Part shown: one piece after another, positions 1 to 12,198 of the stretch
Layout of the letters: every line of letters starts with the position of its first letter
Numbering within the stretch: position 1 is the stretch's first letter
From: Asterias rubens
Lineage: Eukaryota
Direction of reading: 5' to 3'
NCBI RefSeq assembly: GCF_902459465.1
Contig: NC_047076.1
Coordinates: 1,054,001-1,118,000 of the forward strand
DNA: 64,000 nucleotides
Notes under the pieces: model-generated
The model's input: the letters and a program-made list of their open reading frames with translations, nothing else
Told to the model about the DNA's origin: nothing
The model's database searches: none
Program-made: the position numbers and the translations under genes

Positions 1-47
1 CAGTGTATCTGCGGTCACTGCTTTCAACATCAAGCCTCAATTTCTAG

Positions 48-222
48 AGCCGGTTCGTCCCAGGATCGGCTCCACAGAGCCTTTTATAATTGGGACTCGG
101 TCTTTTGAAATCGGAACCGACAAAAGCAGGTACCCGGTTCCACAGAAGAGTGGAACCGCCGGTCCGGTTTTCAATTTGGAACCGGGTAGAACCGGGTAAC
201 CGAAGGAACCGCCCAAGCTTAG
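48..222. mobile_element. hAT-like non-autonomous element end
   Basis: Many GGAACCG/CGGTTCC motifs in both orientations, ending in CGCCCAAGCTTA, which resembles a hAT-type terminus. Confidence 0.35.
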
Positions 223-224
223 TC

Positions 225-617
225 TTAAAGACACGGGACACTATTGGTAATTGTCAAACACCAGTCTTCTCACTTCGGTGTATCTCAACATTTGTAGAAA
301 ATGACAAAACTGTGAAAATTTGAGCTCAATTGGTCGTCGAAGTTGCGAGATAATAATGAAAGAAAAAACACCCTTGTCACACGAAGTTGTGTTCGTTCAG
401 ATGCTTGATTTCGAGAACTCACAATCTAATTCTGAGGTCTCAAAATCAAATTCGTGGAAAATTACTCCTTTTTCGGAAACTACGTTAATTCAGAGGGCGC
501 CGTTTCTCACAATTCTTTATACATGTACTATCAACCGCTCCCCATTACTCGTTACCAAGTAAGATTTTATGTCAATAATTATTTTGAGTAATCACCAATA
601 GTGTCCACTGCCTTTAA
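225..617. mobile_element. TTAA-flanked MITE, family A (Kolobok/T2-like)
   Basis: Imperfect TIRs TTAAAGACACGGGACACTATTGGTAATT / CACCAATAGTGTCCACTGCCTTTAA. Related copies at 10255-10617, 39630-39935, 41077-41237 and 55614-55927, with fragments near 34160-34250 and 57655-57700. Confidence 0.8.
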
Positions 618-823
618 AGAAACAATATTCTTCAGATGTAAATTTATATGAACCATTGATTCAAATAATTATTCACTTTAAGAATTTTCAAAATTTAGTT
701 TTTTGTTTTATAATATATTAATAATAAACAGTATTTGTTTAGCGCCAAAATCTGCCTAAGAAGACGCTAAAGTCGCTCTACTGGTTAAAGGTATAAAATT
801 GTTTTATTTATGTATTCTTTCAG

Positions 824-3550
824 GTCATGAGTATGCCAGGGATAACCTTGACTTTGCCCAAAACTTGGAACCAGGAAATCAAGAAGTGATGGTGAGATGA
901 CCTTCCTCTTTAAGACAAAATTACAGAATTTGTTTTTTTCTAACAAAAAAGTTGCTGAGGAAACGTTTGAGGTTGGTCGGCTCCCTGGGTCACGTGGAAA
1001 ATAGTGAAAGAACGATTACACAGTTTTTGCTTGACAACGATTCAGAAAGAAAATGAATAAAACGCTTAAACTCGAAACGGGTAATTAGTTTGTTTTATTT
1101 CTCATCAAAGATGACATTTCAGACAGAAATATTTCAAGGGATGTTTACTACTATCATCATCATTAGACCGTGCATATTTTATGTAAATCTGTGATCTTGA
1201 CGTTCTTTTAATGATTCTGTAATGTTCCTTTAAAGTCATTGGACACTCTCAGAACTGAACAAAAATTAAAAGTTCACAGATTTACAAATAACTTGCAGGG
1301 TTTACAAAAGGTAATGGTGAAAGACTTGTCTTGAAATATTATTACATGAAATGCTTTACTTTTTGAGAAAATATTAAAACAATATCAATTCTCGATATCA
1401 AAAATTACGGATTTATTTTAAACACATGTCATGACACGTCGAAAAGTGCGGAAACGAGGGTGGGTTTTCCCGTTATTTTCTCCCGACTCCGATAACCAAT
1501 TGAGCCTAAATTTTCACAGATTTGTTATTTTATATATAAGTTGTGATACACAAAGTGTGGGCCTTGGACAATACTGTTTACCGAAAGTGTCCAATGACTT
1601 TAAGCTAACTTAATGTTTGGTTGTATATTTAAATCATTTTTAAAACCCATATATCATGGGTTTGTTTGTTACAGGCCAAGTTTTCATGGGTAAAGGAAAG
1701 AAGAAAAGAGAGGTTAATAACGGTAAGACTTAAAAAAAAGAAAATTACATAACACAAAGCTGTTTCGTTTTTTATGACGATAGGACTCGAACCCTCAAAT
1801 TAAGGGAACACGTTGCCTTGGATCGGTTGAGTTGGTCTCCGTTTGTAACCGTTTGTTATAAAATGCATATGATTAGAGAGATATTTCTAAAGTAGAATAT
1901 AATGATTTTTGGGGTTTAACAAAGAATTGACTAGAGCGGGATTTGAACCAACGACCTCCGGATTAACATGCCGGCGCTCTACCAACTGAGCTATCTAGCC
2001 CTATATTGGCGGTGTCCCCATTTTGTCAATATCTTTGTTCGGGGGTGCCAGTCAGAAGATGCATTTTATAACAAATGGTTTCAAATGCTTTTCAAAGACC
2101 AACTTGACCGATCCAAGGCAACATGTTCCTTTAAGAAGTAGACCCCACCCTAGACCCAGCAGGAACCCTAAAAACTGCTCTCAGTGTGCCCAAACCCTAA
2201 CCATATTTATATTTTGAACTTGACCCCGACTCTGACCTGACTCTTACACTGAATCTGATTTTTTTTATATTTTTTTTTACTACTTTCTGTTTGTAGTGAA
2301 GTCCAAGCTTTTGTTTGTACTGAATTGTAGTTTTCAGTTTTAGTCAATAATTGTCATTTTGTGTAGTTTGGTGTTACATGCTTTATAATTTAATGCAGTC
2401 TACTGCTTTGTCTTCTCTTTTACTGCCTGTCCTCCTTTTTTATATCTTGATGTATCTCCCTTTTTAATGTTTTCCAATCCAGATGTTTATATTTATATAG
2501 GCCTATTTAATGTTTTTAAGAGCTTTATCCTTTACGTATAAAATTTTTGTATTTTTGTATTTTTATGTGAATTGCCGAATAAATAATAATAATAATAATA
2601 CTATAATATTTTCCCATCTCCATTTTGTTATATTGGTTTGTTTTCTCTGTTGTTATCACAGACTACAGTAGACTTGAGGCTCTGTGTTGTACAATATTGT
2701 GCATTATCATGGGGAAAAAAAATGTTCTCTTGTCGGCTATCAAATTTTCAAATGTGTTTACTGGTTAAATGTACACAATGGTGTCTAGACTATAAACTTT
2801 CATAAATAGTTTGTATTATATTGTATCATATCGGACAATAAACTTTTGCAAGCAGTCATGCAACAGCAATTGATGGCTGTTAACTTTCAATACCTATCTT
2901 GACATTGTACAAATGTAACTGTGAAACTTTCCAATGTATAAAGTGTATCCTTTTTGAAGCCATGTATACCTATTTTTTAGAGTTGTTGGTTTTTGTACAC
3001 ACACAACAAAATACAAAACCTGCAATAAATTATGTCATGGTGACTTTGTCTAGCGTTTAAGACCAACAGTCAAAACTACTTTGAAGATCAGATCTGTACA
3101 TTTTTAGATATGGTGGTCCCAAGACGGGCTACTTAAATTTTGCTGTCTTTATAACTGGGTTAATTTACTAATGATATAAAGCTAATTGTGTTTATTGGTA
3201 ACTTCAAGGCCTGAGCTTAGGTAGGAATTTGGATCTGACTCTTGTATTAAGCAAAGTATGACTTTAGTATCAAACAAAATTATAATCTAATTATGATCAA
3301 ATCTCAATAATAAAAGCAAACCACTGATGACAACTTGAAATAACTTTTCTTAAATCCACAGGCGCCTTCCTCCGTGTCAGAAGAAAGGTCTTACAATCCT
3401 TTCTTAAGAGCCTCTTCATCGTCTCTCGTCCAAGCTCTGAGAAAAGACGAGGGGTCAGATCATGGGTTGGATGTAGATAAAGAAGAGAACAGAGCAAGCA
3501 TCTTGAAGGAACTACGCAACAGGAAAGACAAGTATTTTTATAAACTATAG
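824..3550 (+). CDS. PNKD: PNKD-like / hydroxyacylglutathione hydrolase family metallo-beta-lactamase, last three coding exons (5' part lies before the window)
   Basis: Exons 824-891 (GHEYARDNLDFAQNLEPGNQEVM), 1675-1722 (AKFSWVKERRKERLIT) and 3362-3550 (APSSVSEERSYNPFLRA...LKELRNRKDKYFYKL*). All GT-AG with consistent phases. GHEYA and EERSYNPFLR fit PNKD better than HAGH. Confidence 0.8.
1230..1603. mobile_element. TTAA-flanked MITE, family B
   Basis: TIRs TTAAAGTCATTGGACACT / AGTGTCCAATGACTTTAA. Copies at 28395-28770, ~36770-37219 and 42378-42750 (both inverted), with a fragment near 22960-23010. Confidence 0.85.
1800..2134. mobile_element. TTAA-flanked MITE, family C, interrupted by a tRNA-like cassette
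   Basis: Long TIRs GGAACACGTTGCCTTGGATCGG / CCGATCCAAGGCAACATGTTCC. An uninterrupted copy lies at 31764-31990. Confidence 0.8.
1903..2057 (-). mobile_element. Dispersed repeat containing an internal tRNA-like cloverleaf (1928-2000, anticodon GTT)
   Basis: A box (TAGCTCAGTTGG) and B box (GGTTCAAATCC). Acceptor stem fully paired, with one mismatch each in the anticodon and T stems. Degenerate copies with the same flanks at ~26654-26835 and ~30320-30455, and a partial at 34037-34066. Confidence 0.7.
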
Positions 3551-3639
3551 CTTTTAATTTTGTGTACTGAGATTAAAAATGCTAAGCCTGCTTGGCTGAG
3601 GGGAGCAGAGACCTCAAATGGTGTCATTCAGTAAGTCAC

Positions 3640-4060
3640 ACTTTGTGGTCTTGGGTTCGAATCCCCCTGGAGTGATTTGCCGGAACTTGGGGGGAAAGTA
3701 CCGAGTACACATCAGTGTAGGTAAAGATAACATCTATTAAATCGCTGTTCACACATATAATTCGTACTGTCTCTAGTCACTGGGCTAGCTCAATGGTCTA
3801 GCAATGCAAAGGTTGTGCGTTCGAATCCCACCTGAGTGATTAGCCTGTGGATTTTTTTTCGTCAAAGAATTCGGGAAGGTAATGAAAAGGATCAAAAGAA
3901 AATGATATACTTTATCTTGATGCAAAAAACAAATCGTTGCGGTACCGTTTGCTAAAACGTAGGATTCAAAATGCCTCCAGCTACTGGGATAGCTGTATAG
4001 TAACTTAAAGGTTGTGGGCTCGAATCCCATTGGAGTGATTTGACTGTCGATTTTTTTTTT
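3640..4060 (+). mobile_element. Three tRNA-derived SINE fragments downstream of the PNKD-like gene
   Basis: B-box-like G(T/C)TCGAATCCC followed by GAGTGAT near 3655, 3820 and 4018. The same family occurs at 14683-14790 (+), and at 27878-27995, 32905-32965 and 55455-55575 (-). Confidence 0.6.
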
Positions 4061-5295
4061 CATAGATATTGGTGTAAGGGTGAAAACAAATTACATTCTT
4101 TATCGCGATGCAAAAATAACATCTCTTACTTGTTCATTTGAAGAAATATTTATTGACGGAACTTGTGTAGAAAGGGTTGGTCATTGGATGAACTTTTTTC
4201 AATTGAGTATTCTCTGAAACAGATTTAAGGGGTAAAGTATGTTTCAATCCTTTATTGTATCAAAAAGTATTTATTTTTGTATATAGGCAAGTTCCCTCAG
4301 ATTCCCCCAAACGAAATTCATTACTGAATATATTTTATTGCCAATATTTAAGTCTAGAAAATATTCAATTAAATTCACAGAAGAATATAGTATTTAAAAT
4401 CAGAATCAAAATTAACGGAAGAAAAATGTAGAAAAAAACCTATAAACTGAATAAGAGGCTTTGTAGCAATTAGCAATCATACATATCCATGTGCAGTGTA
4501 CATATACTTACAATTAACAAACACCTTGCTAAGCTTATCAACTCACTTTGTAATTTTGTTTTAAGTTGTTACACGTTAACATTACATTAATCCTCCCCCA
4601 ACTGGGATAAGACAAAGTGTTGGTATTTTCTCTCAAAGGAATTGGGCCACAACTTTCCCTTCATCGTTATCCAATTCTAAATCTTTACAAATTCACAAGA
4701 CTATTTATTTTACACACACACATTTTTTTTTATTCCCAACTCTGCAACTGTCTGTTTTTTTCATCAAAAGAAACTTACCGTTCACAGTTATCCAATTGTC
4801 GATGTTTACAAATTCACAAGACTTGTTTTTGTACCATACTTAGTTACGTTGTGCCCGATGGACAGTTGAAGAGTGGAACTTTATATAAACTTCAAATGTC
4901 GCTACGTGCTCGAAATACACTGTTTAAAGTAAACCTGCATTGTTAACTTGCTATTGAATTCCCCTCACCCATCAATTAAACATCACAATGCAAAGTGATA
5001 TGAAAAAAATGGCTTTAATTATTAACGTATTTATCAATCAAGGTTTTGTGTAAAGCGAACTAATTATTGTATAAAGTAAATTATTGTGTTCAGCAAATGG
5101 TTGTAAAAGCAAATTATTGTATAGTCTGGGGCCTGAATGCTTCGTTTTTGAAAGGGCAAGGCACCAAGGCATTTTTCCTTAGGTAAAAAGCACCCTGTGA
5201 GGAACTTGTAAATTTCTACTGGAGCCATTCAAGGGCACCAAGGCAATGACCAGGGGGTATGGAGGCAATGTTGCCTCCGTGAAGTATCAGGGGTG

Positions 5296-5380
5296 GATTT
5301 CACAAAGAGTTAGTTTTTGACTTAGGACTAGCCTTTAGTTTTTAATATCTCCTAGGACTAGTCCTAACTCTTTGTGAAAT
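5296..5380. mobile_element. Small palindromic MITE
   Basis: Perfect 17-bp inverted ends ATTTCACAAAGAGTTAG / CTAACTCTTTGTGAAAT. Related ends at 34555-34705, 40915-41075 and 63535-63710. Confidence 0.65.
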
Positions 5381-5403
5381 GTTTTGGCCTTGAGAGAATG
5401 TTT

Positions 5404-8377
5404 TTAAATGTGCTCTCTTTTCTCTAAGGAGAGCACCAACTCCTTCTGCGGTTTAATGGTGAGGTTAAAACATGGAACTGGTTCCGGTTCACCCTCTACT
5501 AGACCAAGCCGGAACCGACTCACCAACCTCGCTAACATCAACTTCATCTCATTCCAGGCAAACTGCTGTCCGAGGCAGTTACGTGGCCCGGCAGAGAACG
5601 CCATGAACGAAAAAGGATCCATCTTATTGAAATTCTCCGAGAGGAACCGAGATGGTTTAAACTCCATGTGGTCGTCACCCCAGACGGTCGGATTGTGGTG
5701 GAGCTGGTAGAGGTTCATTGCCACTGTGGTTCCAGTAAGGAGGGTCACGCCATCTACTTCCAATGGCTCGGTCAGGGTACGGGACAACAGCACAACAACG
5801 TTGTACAGCCTGATTGTCTCCTTGATGACGAGGGTCATGTATTCCATGTGGACGAAATCTTTGCTGTGTATCAAAGAAAATAACTACATCATTCCAAATT
5901 CAGTAGGCTTTGGGAATTGTTTTCCTATGTCAATGAACTTCATCCACGGATACCAACCGCATCTCTTGCTCTTCTGACAGCAACATTCAAACGGACACCA
6001 AGCAAATTTCCAAAAGGCGATCTTTGGAGATTCAACTGTTTATTCTGTCATTCTATTATTGATTTCTCATGGGGGCACTAAAGACGAAATTATTTGGCAG
6101 GATGCTTTCCGTTACCATCTTTATAACAAGTAGGCTGTCTGATAACAAAATATGCCATTTCTTTTTGGGGTCATAACCGAAGCGTGACCCTACGTTCAGC
6201 TAGTGATGGAAACCATGTCGGACAGTCACTTTAATGGGAGCCTACGTGCGAGCCTTCATTTTAGTTTACTGTGTTTTGTATTTTTAAAATATTCATGATT
6301 TCCAGAAAACGAATGATGAAGTTTAAACTTACTTCATGATATCGCCTGCCTCTCTATCAGCAAGGATATCATCAACTTCCTGCCGGACTTTCTCCTGATG
6401 TTCCGGGTACTTGGCGAGTACGTACAGCACCCATGTCAGAGTGGTTGATGTGGTCTCGAAGCCGCCGAAGAGAAACGTGCTCGCCTCGTCTACGATTTCC
6501 TCTATGGTCAGCCTGGTACCGTCTTCATCTCTAGCCATTAAGACGGTGTCAAGGAAATCTCTGGGTTTCCCCAAGGAGTCTCCACTCTTCATCTAAGAGA
6601 TAGGAGATAAGAACGTGTTTTTTTGTAATAAAACTTTTGGTATAAACTCCAAGCAAATTTGTCATTGAGTTCTACCCATTGTTCGAAATCTTATTCATTT
6701 TCATATACTAAGTGTCTTTATCATCGTTGTGCAATGTTATTCATCACCTTCCCACCCCTTTATCCGTTCCATCACCGAATACTACGGCCCTTTTCGTAAC
6801 CACGGCTTCGGCTTTGGATTCGGCTTCAGGCTCCGTCCTCTCGTCTGAAGCCCTAAACGCCCACGCAAAGCACGCCCATCAATTTATTGTCAAAACAACC
6901 GCGGGCCCAAGCTAGCTTGAGCCGAATCTAGAACCATCAATTATCTCCCATTATTTTTACCTTTTGGTCCAGTTCCTCTTGCCTCTTGATGACCAATCCT
7001 CTAGCAAAGTTGCGAACATACTTCGTATTCTCTGCCCAGTCACTGTACATTGAGCAGTACGGGAAGGTCCATGGATGAACTTCCAGGAGATTGCCAGAAA
7101 CCATCCGGGCGTTGGAGACCCTACTGAGGACCTCGGTTGCGTGGAGCATGTCATCATACTTTCCATCTTGAAGAGGTCGATTCTGAATTGATAAAGAGGG
7201 GAATGAGAAATCTGAATTCAGGCTTTTTAAAGTCTGCCTGCAGTTAACAAGTCTGTGGTTAAGCAATCGGCAAGTTCGGGCGAGTGACTAATAGACTTGA
7301 CCAGAAACTGTGACGTAGCTCTCGAGTTGACTATTGTTGAACATGCGCCAGTGCATGCATGGTTCAATCATGGAGGAAGAACCCCCTCCATGATTCAACA
7401 TAGTCAATGTGGTAAATCTTCCTGTGCTCTATGGTTTATGGTATAGTGTAGTCGGTCAAGTTTAGTCGCCGCCCGAAGTTATTTAATGCTGTATACTGTT
7501 CCATAGAAGCTCCATAACTTCAGGGGTTACCAAAATGTGGAAATGCTTTTACCTCCTAAGATCTGGATCCCCCTTTCATACTTTGTCGGCAGTGACTCTC
7601 AGTCTTAGAGGGATTTGTATACTCTGATTCTGTTCCATTCTGACCCATTTAGGGGTCACTTTGGTACAGATTCCGGATCACACTGACCTAGAAAATGGTT
7701 AGGCACCACGGGACCTGGATTCGGGAGTTATTAGAGAGCGAGGTTGAACTTCAATTTTGTTTTAAGTTCAAGCATCATCATCAAAGTGCACCTACCTGGA
7801 CATTGGACTCGTATGAGAACGCAGTTTGCAAAATAGCATCAAAGGTACAGAGGGACAGCTCCTTGTAGACCCTCATGGGTGTCTTCGCAGCTGCTACCCG
7901 GTCCAACTTATCAAGGTACACGTCGGTACACTTGTGGAAGACCGGGATGTATGTCCGGAGAACATCCAGGTGGAAGCTAGCAGTCAACAGTCGTCGGTTC
8001 CTCTTCCAGTGTGCCCCGTTGGCGGTAACCAACCCACGCCCAACCCAATCCTCGAACACCTTGTACAAGATGGACTTATTGGAATGGGTAGAGCTCGCCA
8101 CGAGTGCTTTGATGTGTTCTGGATGGACCAGAACGGGTAGAGCGAACGGGCCGTTCCACATGACGTAGGCTCTGGGACACACCTTAACTGTATCGAGCAT
8201 CCATTGCAAGCCGGCTCCGAACGGGTCTAGCTTGGTGTGGCCCTTCAACCAGTGAGCTCCTGGGGGGCATGGGAGCTTCTTGACGGCAGCTCGCTCTCTG
8301 ATGAAATCCCGAACAGATAGGAGCACCCGCATGAAAACTATAGTCGCTATTACGATGCATAGAGTTACCCACAACAT
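5404..8377 (-). CDS. Cytochrome P450, CYP4 clan, paralog 1 (507 aa, 4 exons)
   Basis: Exons 8377-7796, 7182-6961, 6592-6333 and 5863-5404 sum to 1524 nt with GT-AG sites and phases 0/0/2. N-terminal TM, WxxxR (WKRNR), I-helix FLFGGFETT, ExxR (ETIR), PSRF and heme motif FSAGPRNCLG. Confidence 0.95.
7270..7480. mobile_element. MITE with imperfect TIRs in CYP paralog 1 intron 1
   Basis: AAGTTCGGGCGAGTGACTAATAGACTTGACC versus GGTCAAGTTTAGTCGCCGCCCGAAGTT. Confidence 0.5.
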
Positions 8378-8461
8378 GTTTAAAAACGTTACTGTCGTGT
8401 TGGGAAAATGGCAACAATTACTCCTGCTGTAAAATGATATTGACCTTTAGTGCACAGAACA

Positions 8462-8700
8462 CATTCACTCGAATGTAAAAACAAAATACACCAATTGCTA
8501 ACAAATGGTCACGGCCTAGAGTGCATAGTACCCGTCGTTCGCTCGAATCAAACTTACACACCAGTTACTAACAATGGTCACGGCAGTGAGTGCACATTAT
8601 ACGTCGTTCACTCAAATGACACCAATTGCTGAAGTTGGTCTTGGCCTAGCACTTACAGTACATGTTCACTCAAATGTGAAAATTACACCAATTGGTAAAG
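8462..8700. repeat. Degenerate tandem repeat, about 4 units of 58-74 bp
   Basis: Recurring C(A/G)CTC(G/A)AAT...ACACCA(A/G)TT...TGGTC..GGC, with unit starts at ~8466, 8540, 8610 and 8668. Confidence 0.6.
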
Positions 8701-9574
8701 TTGTATTGTCCAAGAGGGCACAGATACCAATTCACAAAACACGTCCTTCGTGCTGATATCAACAACTCATTGTGTACACGAGCTAGTTTCAAGGCAACAA
8801 GTTATTGACAAAAATATCGAAGGTCAAAAGCTCGCACGAAGTAGGCTTTTAGATTATTTAAAATGACGTATTTGAAGAGGTGAACAAGGTAAACAATCTG
8901 GTTTCAAGGGAGAGGTTTATTGACATGGGTTTCAAGTTGGAGTCTCTGCCCTTGATCTATGGTCTGTTTTCCCTGCTTTACTTCCATGCTCTAACCTCAC
9001 ACACATTAGAGCAAGCTTACTCTATACAATTATGCACACAAACTACGCTTTCAGACTGCTAATAAAACAATGCGAAGTCAAAGTATACTTTTTGTTAACC
9101 ATTTGATTCTCCTGAAGACGAGCAGAGTATACTGTTTGAAACGTCGAGACCAAACCGGCTCTTTTCAGAGCCAACACTTATTCCAAAAAAAATGTACACA
9201 TGGTTGTACTCGCAAGTTTACTATTCATATTTACATTTATAGTTACTCTTAACCATTATTAATTGTTTTAATCAGAATGTATAGATGTACAAAAGATATT
9301 AACCACGTTGTGAAAATTTCATTTCAAAAGGTGGTCGCATTTTTTAGACATCGCCGAAAATCCGGAGCGAAATCCATGCTGGTAGAATAATCCCTAAGGA
9401 ATACACAGTTTGAGAACCGTTACGTGGTAACGCTTCTCAGATTCAAATTATGAGGCAAAAAACTGTTATCTAATACATAACCCACTATGACTCTAAACTC
9501 AAATTGCTCTCAAACTGCTTTATACTATCAAACACTGTAGAAGGTTTCTCACAAAAATCGTTGTTCCAAAAGGA

Positions 9575-9990
9575 TGGTGGTACTTTTTGTAACACAAAAC
9601 ATAATGTCAACAAATTTACACTAAACTTACTCAGTTTGAAGATGATGATAGTAGAAAGCTTCCCTTAAAATATTATTTGCTGAGGTGCTGTAGTTTTTGA
9701 GGAATGAGTACTAAAACATGTCACAAAAATAATTTTCGTCTCACTCTCGGTAAGACGAAAATATTTTCCATGTAAAAACATGGTATGTGATGGTAAAATA
9801 CCATTGAATACGTTTTTACTTTTTACATGCTAAAACTGAGACTAAAATCATTTGTGTGACATTGTTTTACTAATATCTCAAAAACTACAGCACCTCAGTG
9901 ATTAATATTTTGAGGGAAGCTTTCTATTATCATTATCTTCAAACTGTTTAAAGTTTAATTTAAATCTGTGGACATTGTGTAAAAAGTACC
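9575..9990. mobile_element. MITE with long (~70 bp) inverted arms, family F
   Basis: Arms 9631-9700 and 9877-9947 are reverse complements. A related copy lies at 61805-62080. Confidence 0.7.
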
Positions 9991-10254
9991 CACTGCAGAG
10001 CCTTTATGAGTGATACCCAAACGTATAACTTCCCTTTAAATGACGTTATGAGAGGTGAGGGACGCTCCGGTCGGGTGGTGCCCACTTTGTCAACAGATGC
10101 TTTTGTATTTGATTCCTGTGTGTTTATGTATCCAGGGTTCATGGGTAACCGTTCAAGGAAAACTGATTGGGCTACCCTGGTTAAATAATACGAAATAAAT
10201 AGATACGTCAGCAAAGGACCTGCAAATCCCCAATGCCACGGCATTGGTGTTGTA

Positions 10255-10617
10255 TTAAAGGCAGTGGACACTATTGGTAATTACTCAAAATACTATTAGC
10301 ATAAAACCTTACTTGGTAACGACTAATGGTAAGAGGTTGATAGTACAAAACATTGTGAGAAACGGCTTCCTCTCAAGTAACGTAGTTTTCGAGAAAGAGG
10401 TAATTTGGTAAGTTCACAAATTTGATTTCGAGACCTCAGAATTAGATTTTGAGGTCTCGAAATCAAACATCTGAATGGGAAGCACACAACTTCGTGTGAC
10501 AAGTGTGTTTTTTCTTTCATTATTTTTTCGCAACTTCGATGACCAATTGAGCTCAAATTTTCCCAGGTTTGTTATTTTATGCATATGTTGAGATACACCA
10601 AGTGAGAAGACTAGTCT
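10255..10617. mobile_element. MITE family A copy (inverted)
   Basis: Begins TTAAAGGCAGTGGACACTATTGGTAATTACTC; the body is the reverse complement of 225-617. Confidence 0.8.
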
Positions 10618-11322
10618 AAGACTATTTGACAGTTTTTACTTGAATGGGCTCTGTGATTAAATTATCCAGGACACTTCTGTGATTCAAATGATACTTTTAT
10701 TTGAACACTTTCAGTTCTCTAAAATAATGTGTTACTTTAATACTTACATTTGTTGAACCATTGAATGGTTGTGTATTTTGTTGCATAGTAATAATTTCGA
10801 AGTCTTATTTATAGCGCACGTATCTACCAACAAGGTACTCAAGGTGCTACAGAAAGATATGTTATTGAATGCTGTGACCCACTTCTGTGCATATTATTGT
10901 TGTATTAATTGTATTAATTTAATTTAAAAAAAAACGGAACAAACTCCATACCCTGTAGAAGGGTTACATCAATAACACAAATGTTAAACTTACAATATAA
11001 CACCACTCTATAGATCTATGATTTATTTGATGGTCGCTATGGGCGTGGTGTACCCCCCTTAAAAACGTGTCTTCCCGTAGTGCTCGGAATCCCAGCAATT
11101 TTTTAGAGGGTTTTAGGGGGCGGGGTACTTCAATGCGAGAACACAATTAGTGTGTTAAAGTTAATACATGTAGTGTGAAAAACAGTGCGTTAAAGTGTGT
11201 GAACAACATTGGTGTGGGGCGCCCTCTGCTCCATATCTTGAAATTCGGAAATGAAACGAACATAAAACCCCCTCTCTGTAAACGGACATCGCTCTAGCAC
11301 CGTTGGATAACTTTATGTTATA

Positions 11323-11465
11323 ATACAGTCAACCCTCGTTATAAAGACCACGATATAAAGCTATTCTGCTTATACAGAATATTTTCTGAAGTCCTGAATC
11401 TCATTTCTGCTTCATGTTTCATTGTTTTGCTGCCCTCTTATAACAACGTTCCTGTTATAAAGAGG
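11323..11465 (+). mobile_element. pogo/Tigger-like (Tc1/mariner) element end
   Basis: TA followed by CAGTCAACCCTCGTTATAA, a pogo-type terminus, and internal TTATAA repeats. The other end was not found. Confidence 0.4.
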
Positions 11466-11960
11466 TGATTTATCCATCACAATACTCTAGAACAGCTTTC
11501 ACCAGAAAAAAAAAGAGAGAAAAAAAAAAAAGTATTTATAATACGCTTTTCCAAAACTTGATCAAAGCGCATAACAAAGAAAAGGATAAACTAAAACTTC
11601 CAGGAAGCAAAACATTAATCTACTACTCAGGAAAGAGATACGTTTTAAGTTTTTTCTTAAAAGTAACAACACAAGAAGATTTACGGAAAATTTACAGAAG
11701 ACGAACAGAGCATACTGATCGAACCAACGATACTTTTCAGTACCACCCCAACTCATTTAGAGATTATCGTTGTATTAAGGCACACTGTTTCAATCTCTGT
11801 GACGTTTGCTCTTTTTGTTGGTGTGTTTTTATGTGAGCTAAAAGGCCAAAGGAAGTTCCCATGCAGGGACAATGAAGTTGTATTGTTTTGTTTTGTATTG
11901 TATTGTATTCTATTGGAAACCTATACTATATCGTATCTCCACCATGCAAAGTTTCAAATT

Positions 11961-12152
11961 CTACCAAGTGATCGTGTTACAACGAGAGTCATTTGTAACC
12001 TGATTGCAATTTACTTATTATTGTTATTTCTGGATTCAACAGTTAGGTGTTACTCCAGAAGAGGTTTGACAACGGTGTTAAGATTCGGAACATGTTTCGG
12101 GTCACCCTCCACCAAGCCCAAGTTGAACCTCCTAAGAATCCTCGAAACAAAT
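11961..12152 (-). pseudogene. Decayed tandem duplicate of the C-terminal coding end and 3' flank of CYP paralog 2
   Basis: Copy of 12153-12340. It reads FVSRILRRFNLGLVEGDPKHVPNLNTVVKPLLE*HLTVESRNNNNK*, with TTG changed to TAA. Confidence 0.85.
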
Positions 12153-12198
12153 CCTACCAAGTGATCTTGTTATCTTGTCAACTGTAACCTAATGAAAT

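Noticed and set aside
320-562. Recurring short ORFs (MSSIGRRSCE..., MTRRKVRKRG..., also 10323-10556, 39656-39958, 42260-42550, 55705-55911)
   Set aside because: They lie inside MITE families A and B. Recurrence reflects repeat copies, and frames are not preserved between copies.
1928-2000. Functional tRNA-Asn(GTT) gene
   Set aside because: Mismatches in the anticodon and T stems, A at position 32, sequence unlike eukaryotic tRNA-Asn, and other copies are degenerate with different loop sequence. Treated as repeat cargo.
4667-4823. 36-bp imperfect direct repeat (TTATCCAATT...TTTACAAATTCACAAGACT) 121 bp apart, and the 109-aa ORF at 4617-4946
   Set aside because: Only two copies, no coding signal and no recognisable family.
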